58,274 nt of DNA. Origin: Prochlorococcus sp. AH-716-I09. Its GTDB lineage: Bacteria; Cyanobacteriota; Cyanobacteriia; PCC-6307; Cyanobiaceae. The stretch is taken from the NCBI GenBank assembly GCA_028409275.1, contig JAOOML010000001.1, positions 1 through 58,274 of the forward strand, written 5' to 3'. This document shows positions 54,545 to 58,274 of this stretch, piece by piece. Position numbers and translations under genes: made by a program. The notes under the pieces are model-generated. The model saw only the letters and a list, made by a program, of their open reading frames with translations, did no database searches and was not told the origin of the DNA. The stretch's first letter is position 1. Each line of letters starts with the position of its first letter.

Positions 54545-56167
54545 TTAGACATGTTGTACCACTTTATTATAACCTTTTAACTCTATCTCTTTAATAAGAG
54601 ATTTTCCTGTCATTTCCTTTGGAATTGGGAGATTTAATAATTGCAATAAAGTTGGGGCAATATCTGCTAAGCCAGCATTATCCCTCAAATAAATCTCATT
54701 TCCCATATTTGGGATTTTTCTTTTTTCGCCCTCAACAAAAATTAAGGGAACCTTGTTTATTGTATGTGCAGTCCATGGTTCTCCAGTAGGACTTTTCATT
54801 AGCTCTGCATTTCCATGATCAGCTGTTATCAGAATGCTTCCACCCATTTCTCCAGTAGCATTAACTATCTTACCTATACATTTATCCACCATTTCAATCG
54901 CTTTAATTGTTGCATCTATATTGCCTGTGTGACCCACCATATCAGGATTAGCAAAATTAATTACAATAAAAGCATAGTTTCCACTTTTTATTGCTTCAGA
55001 ACAACTAATAGTTAATTCTTCAGCAGACATTTCGGGCTCCATATCGTAAGTTGCGACTCTTGGCGATGGAATTAAATATCTCTCTTCTCCTGGTAAGGGA
55101 ATTTCTACTCCACCATTAAAAAAATATGTTACGTGAGGATATTTTTCTGTTTCTGCTGTTCTGTATTGTTTGAGACCATTTTCTGAAACTACTTGGCCGA
55201 TGAAATTATTAAGAGACTCAGGAGGAAATATAACTTTGACGGGAAAGTTTGTGTCATATTGAGTAAAAGTAACTAAATCTAATTTTGGAAAAACTTTTCT
55301 TTTGAAGTCTGAAAATTCTTTATCTGAAAGAGATTTAATTATTTGTCTAGCTCTGTCTGGACGAAAGTTAAAGCAAATCAAACTGTCCCCATCTTTAAGA
55401 TAGTTTTCAGATAATCTTATTGGCTCTATAAATTCATCGGTTATGTTTTCGCCATAACTTTTTTCGATATATTCATGAGGAGAAATTTTGCGTACTTGAA
55501 TATTTGGATCAGTCAAAATAGTGTAAGCTTTCTCTGTTCTGTCCCATAAAAGATTTCTATCCATCATCCAATATCTTCCAGATATTGAGGCGATCTCTCC
55601 GACGTTGAATTTTTTTATGCATGACTCGATTTGATTGAGATATTTAGATGCACTTTTTGCAGGAGTATCCCTGCCATCGGTAATAATATGAATTGCAACT
55701 TTTTTGAGGCCGTTATCCGATGCCCATTTTATTAAACCTAATAAATGATCAATATGACTATGTACACCTCCATCAGAACATAAACCGGTGATATGTAAAG
55801 TTGAATCGTTTTTCTTTAATGAATGAGCTAACTCTCCTAACTCATTAACTTTGTTTAACTGATTGTGTTTTACAATATGGGTAATTCTTACAAGTTCTTG
55901 TTGGATTATTCTTCCTGAACCAATAGTAAGGTGGCCAACCTCCGAATTACCCATTTGTCCATCTGGCAAGCCTACATCAGATCCACTAGCGCTAATTAGA
56001 GTATGAGGGTATGCGTGCCATAAAGAATCCATTATTGGTGTATTCGCACTTTTTATAGCATTGTCAGATATTTCTTCTCTATATCCCCATCCATCCAGGA
56101 TTGCGAGAACTACAGGACTCTGTGGAACGCTTAATTTATTAATATTTTTGCTCCTAATCTTTGACAT
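54545..56167 (-). CDS. gpmI: 2,3-bisphosphoglycerate-independent phosphoglycerate mutase
   Basis: [36 protein letters not shown] and ADHGNAE. Confidence 0.98.
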   Translation of the reverse strand: MSKIRSKNINKLSVPQSPVVLAILDGWGYREEISDNAIKSANTPIMDSLWHAYPHTLISASGSDVGLPDGQMGNSEVGHLTIGSGRIIQQELVRITHIVKHNQLNKVNELGELAHSLKKNDSTLHITGLCSDGGVHSHIDHLLGLIKWASDNGLKKVAIHIITDGRDTPAKSASKYLNQIESCIKKFNVGEIASISGRYWMMDRNLLWDRTEKAYTILTDPNIQVRKISPHEYIEKSYGENITDEFIEPIRLSENYLKDGDSLICFNFRPDRARQIIKSLSDKEFSDFKRKVFPKLDLVTFTQYDTNFPVKVIFPPESLNNFIGQVVSENGLKQYRTAETEKYPHVTYFFNGGVEIPLPGEERYLIPSPRVATYDMEPEMSAEELTISCSEAIKSGNYAFIVINFANPDMVGHTGNIDATIKAIEMVDKCIGKIVNATGEMGGSILITADHGNAELMKSPTGEPWTAHTINKVPLIFVEGEKRKIPNMGNEIYLRDNAGLADIAPTLLQLLNLPIPKEMTGKSLIKEIELKGYNKVVQHV

Positions 56168-56305
56168 ATTTAGATCAAATTCATTATTAAGTGATCAGAT
56201 ATTAAATCTAGCTTTAAAAGCTACTTTTTAACAATTTATATTTAACTATAGTTAGCTTTTGCTAATTTATGAAGATATTGAACTAATATTTTTTATTAAT
56301 AAAGC

Positions 56306-56842
56306 ATGCCTATTAAAAACAAAAGGATCGTAATACTCTCTGAAGTGGAGCTTAAAAAAACTATTGCACGTTTAACTTCCGAAATTATTGAAAAAGTAAA
56401 AAACCTAGATAACTTACTCTTGGTTGGTATTCCTACTAGAGGGATTGATTTAGCCGAAGTTCTTGAAAAAGAATTATGCTTCAAGACTGGTTTAAAAATA
56501 AAAAAAGGAACTATTGACCCAACTTTTTATAGAGACGACCAACATAGAGTTGGAACTCGTCTAATAAAGGCAACAGATATTCCCACTCCTATTGAGAAAC
56601 AAGAAATTCTTTTGATAGATGATGTAATCTATACAGGGAGAACAATTAGAGCTGCAATGGATGCTCTTTATTCATGGGGCAGGCCTCAAAGGGTAATGCT
56701 ATTAGTAATGGTAGATAGAGGCCATAGGGAATTACCTATTCAACCAGATTTTTGTGGTAAAAAAGTTTCAACTTCTAAACATGAAAGTATTAGTTTACGT
56801 CTCAAGAAAATTGATAATGAAGATGGAGTTTTTCTTGAATAG
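56306..56842 (+). CDS. pyrR: Bifunctional pyrimidine regulator PyrR / uracil phosphoribosyltransferase
   Basis: GIPTRG, TFYRDD, LIDDVIYTGRTIRAA and DRGHRELPI. Confidence 0.95.
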   Translation: MPIKNKRIVILSEVELKKTIARLTSEIIEKVKNLDNLLLVGIPTRGIDLAEVLEKELCFKTGLKIKKGTIDPTFYRDDQHRVGTRLIKATDIPTPIEKQEILLIDDVIYTGRTIRAAMDALYSWGRPQRVMLLVMVDRGHRELPIQPDFCGKKVSTSKHESISLRLKKIDNEDGVFLE

Positions 56843-56849
56843 TATTATT

Positions 56850-58274
56850 TCAGAAGATATTTCCTAAATTATATTCTCCTAAAAATTCATCTTTAATATC
56901 AAAACACCTTACAAGTAAATTAGCTTTTTCAGTTATTTTAAAGAAAAGTATTAAGTTGTCTTTCCCAATATTAGATTTATTTTTAAGTACGATCTTAGGA
57001 GGGTTTTTGTCCCATTTAATAGTTTCTTCTTCACTTTGAACCTCTGATAATTTTGGTAATCCATTTTCAAAAATCACATCATATGCTCTTTCTTTTTGTG
57101 TTTCTCCAATTATTATTTCAAATATTTTTTGATTATTTTTACTGGCTTGTAGGATTAATTTAAATGGGTTTTCAGTTGGCCATGTTTGACCTTTACAAAA
57201 AATAGGATGCCAAAAGTGTTTTTGTTCTCTCATATTAAATAATCTTATAGATAATCCTTTGCTTAAAATGTCCTTAATTTTTACTCCTGGGGTCATTGCC
57301 AATGCTCCTAAAGCTATTGATTCAATGGGAGGTGGTGACTTTATTTGAATATTTGAAATCTTTGTTGTTATCCATTCTTTAATCAATGGTATTTGAGTAC
57401 CCCCTCCAACCAAAATAATTGCACTTAAGTCATCTACTGTGCAAAATTTACCTCTTGCTTCATTTAATAGATCTTTAAGTAAGGAGTTAAGGTGATTAAG
57501 AAGATTATTCTCAATAATAATTTTCTCAAATAATTCTTTACTTAAATAAAACTCTTTTTCTTGATATCCTTTAATCAATAATTTTGTGGGATATTTATTT
57601 TCATATTTGATTGCTGATGAGCTGAGTTTACATTTTATTTCTTCAGCTTTTAGAAGATTTATTGGATATTCGTTATTTGGAATAAAATAATCAACGATCC
57701 ATTGATCAATATCTTTTCCACCAATTTTTGAACCTATTTTACTAATTATTTCAGCACACCTTATTTTTTGTTTTGAAATAGAACTTACATCATTTCCTTT
57801 GAATTTTAATAGTTCGGCTATTGGGCCAGTTTTCCCTTCTCCTCCCTCTATTTTGACTATATTCATATCAATTGTGCTTCCTCCAATATCTAGCGTCATA
57901 ATTTTTGAACCGAATGGCATATTAACTCCTAAACTTGCTGCAGTTGGCTCATCAACTAATGCTATTTCATCTACTGAAATCTCCCCGCAGAGGTTAACTA
58001 ACCATTCTCTGTAGCCCTTGTATGTATCAATAGGAGCGGTTAGAACAAGTCTCTTGACTTCGTATTTTTGAGGAATGCTTTCCCACAAATATTTAAAAAA
58101 TTTTTCGCCACATTCAGAAGGGTTTAAGATATTTTTTCGGTTAGTTTTTTCAATAGGATTTCCGATTAATCTTTTAAAATTGGAATGAAAACATAAATCC
58201 GAATTAATCTTATCCCTCATTTTTAAAGCACTAATTCCAATTTTCAAAATTTTTGAAGGTTCCTCGAACCAAAC
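56850..58274 (-). CDS. Hsp70/DnaK-family protein (divergent; 5' end outside the window)
   Basis: LTAP, DEPTAA, DIGGSTID, GGKDID and LVGGGTQIP actin-like ATPase motifs. The frame is open to the window edge (VWFEEPSKI). Confidence 0.88.
   Translation of the reverse strand, partial: VWFEEPSKILKIGISALKMRDKINSDLCFHSNFKRLIGNPIEKTNRKNILNPSECGEKFFKYLWESIPQKYEVKRLVLTAPIDTYKGYREWLVNLCGEISVDEIALVDEPTAASLGVNMPFGSKIMTLDIGGSTIDMNIVKIEGGEGKTGPIAELLKFKGNDVSSISKQKIRCAEIISKIGSKIGGKDIDQWIVDYFIPNNEYPINLLKAEEIKCKLSSSAIKYENKYPTKLLIKGYQEKEFYLSKELFEKIIIENNLLNHLNSLLKDLLNEARGKFCTVDDLSAIILVGGGTQIPLIKEWITTKISNIQIKSPPPIESIALGALAMTPGVKIKDILSKGLSIRLFNMREQKHFWHPIFCKGQTWPTENPFKLILQASKNNQKIFEIIIGETQKERAYDVIFENGLPKLSEVQSEEETIKWDKNPPKIVLKNKSNIGKDNLILFFKITEKANLLVRCFDIKDEFLGEYNLGNIF

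Overview
A densely packed, AT-rich stretch of core genome from a marine picocyanobacterium, most likely a high-light-adapted Prochlorococcus. This assignment rests on low GC, minimal intergenic spaces, split rpoC1/rpoC2, an hli gene, ycf35/ycf65 and the gene order. Contents in order: htrA (5'-truncated), rpiA, hisD, rpsT, tatD, rpoB-rpoC1-rpoC2, a core hli, rlmN, a HEAT-repeat gene, a DUF2997-Ycf35-ferredoxin-aldo/keto reductase cluster, rsmG, a J-domain gene, the bioF-bioK-bioC-bioD-bioA cluster, a Ski2-like helicase, fumC, purB, tlyA, glnB, queF, ccs1/ccdA, ftsW, the large ATP synthase operon (with an ATPC RNA motif), ferredoxin-DUF3326, a CNNM-GTPase-nadD-nadE unit, pepP, ycf65, atpD-atpC, groES-groEL (K-box, no CIRCE), secG, gpmI, pyrR and an Hsp70-family gene cut by the window end. 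I found no mobile element, prophage, CRISPR array, rRNA, tRNA, defence island or clearly new multi-gene system. The points worth following up are small in scale: three small genes missing from the ORF track; two NtcA-like sites that are 13/16 identical, one with canonical class II spacing ahead of an uncharacterised operon; an apparent in-frame deletion in nadD; a probable non-canonical start for ccdA; and structured leaders around atpE and groES.
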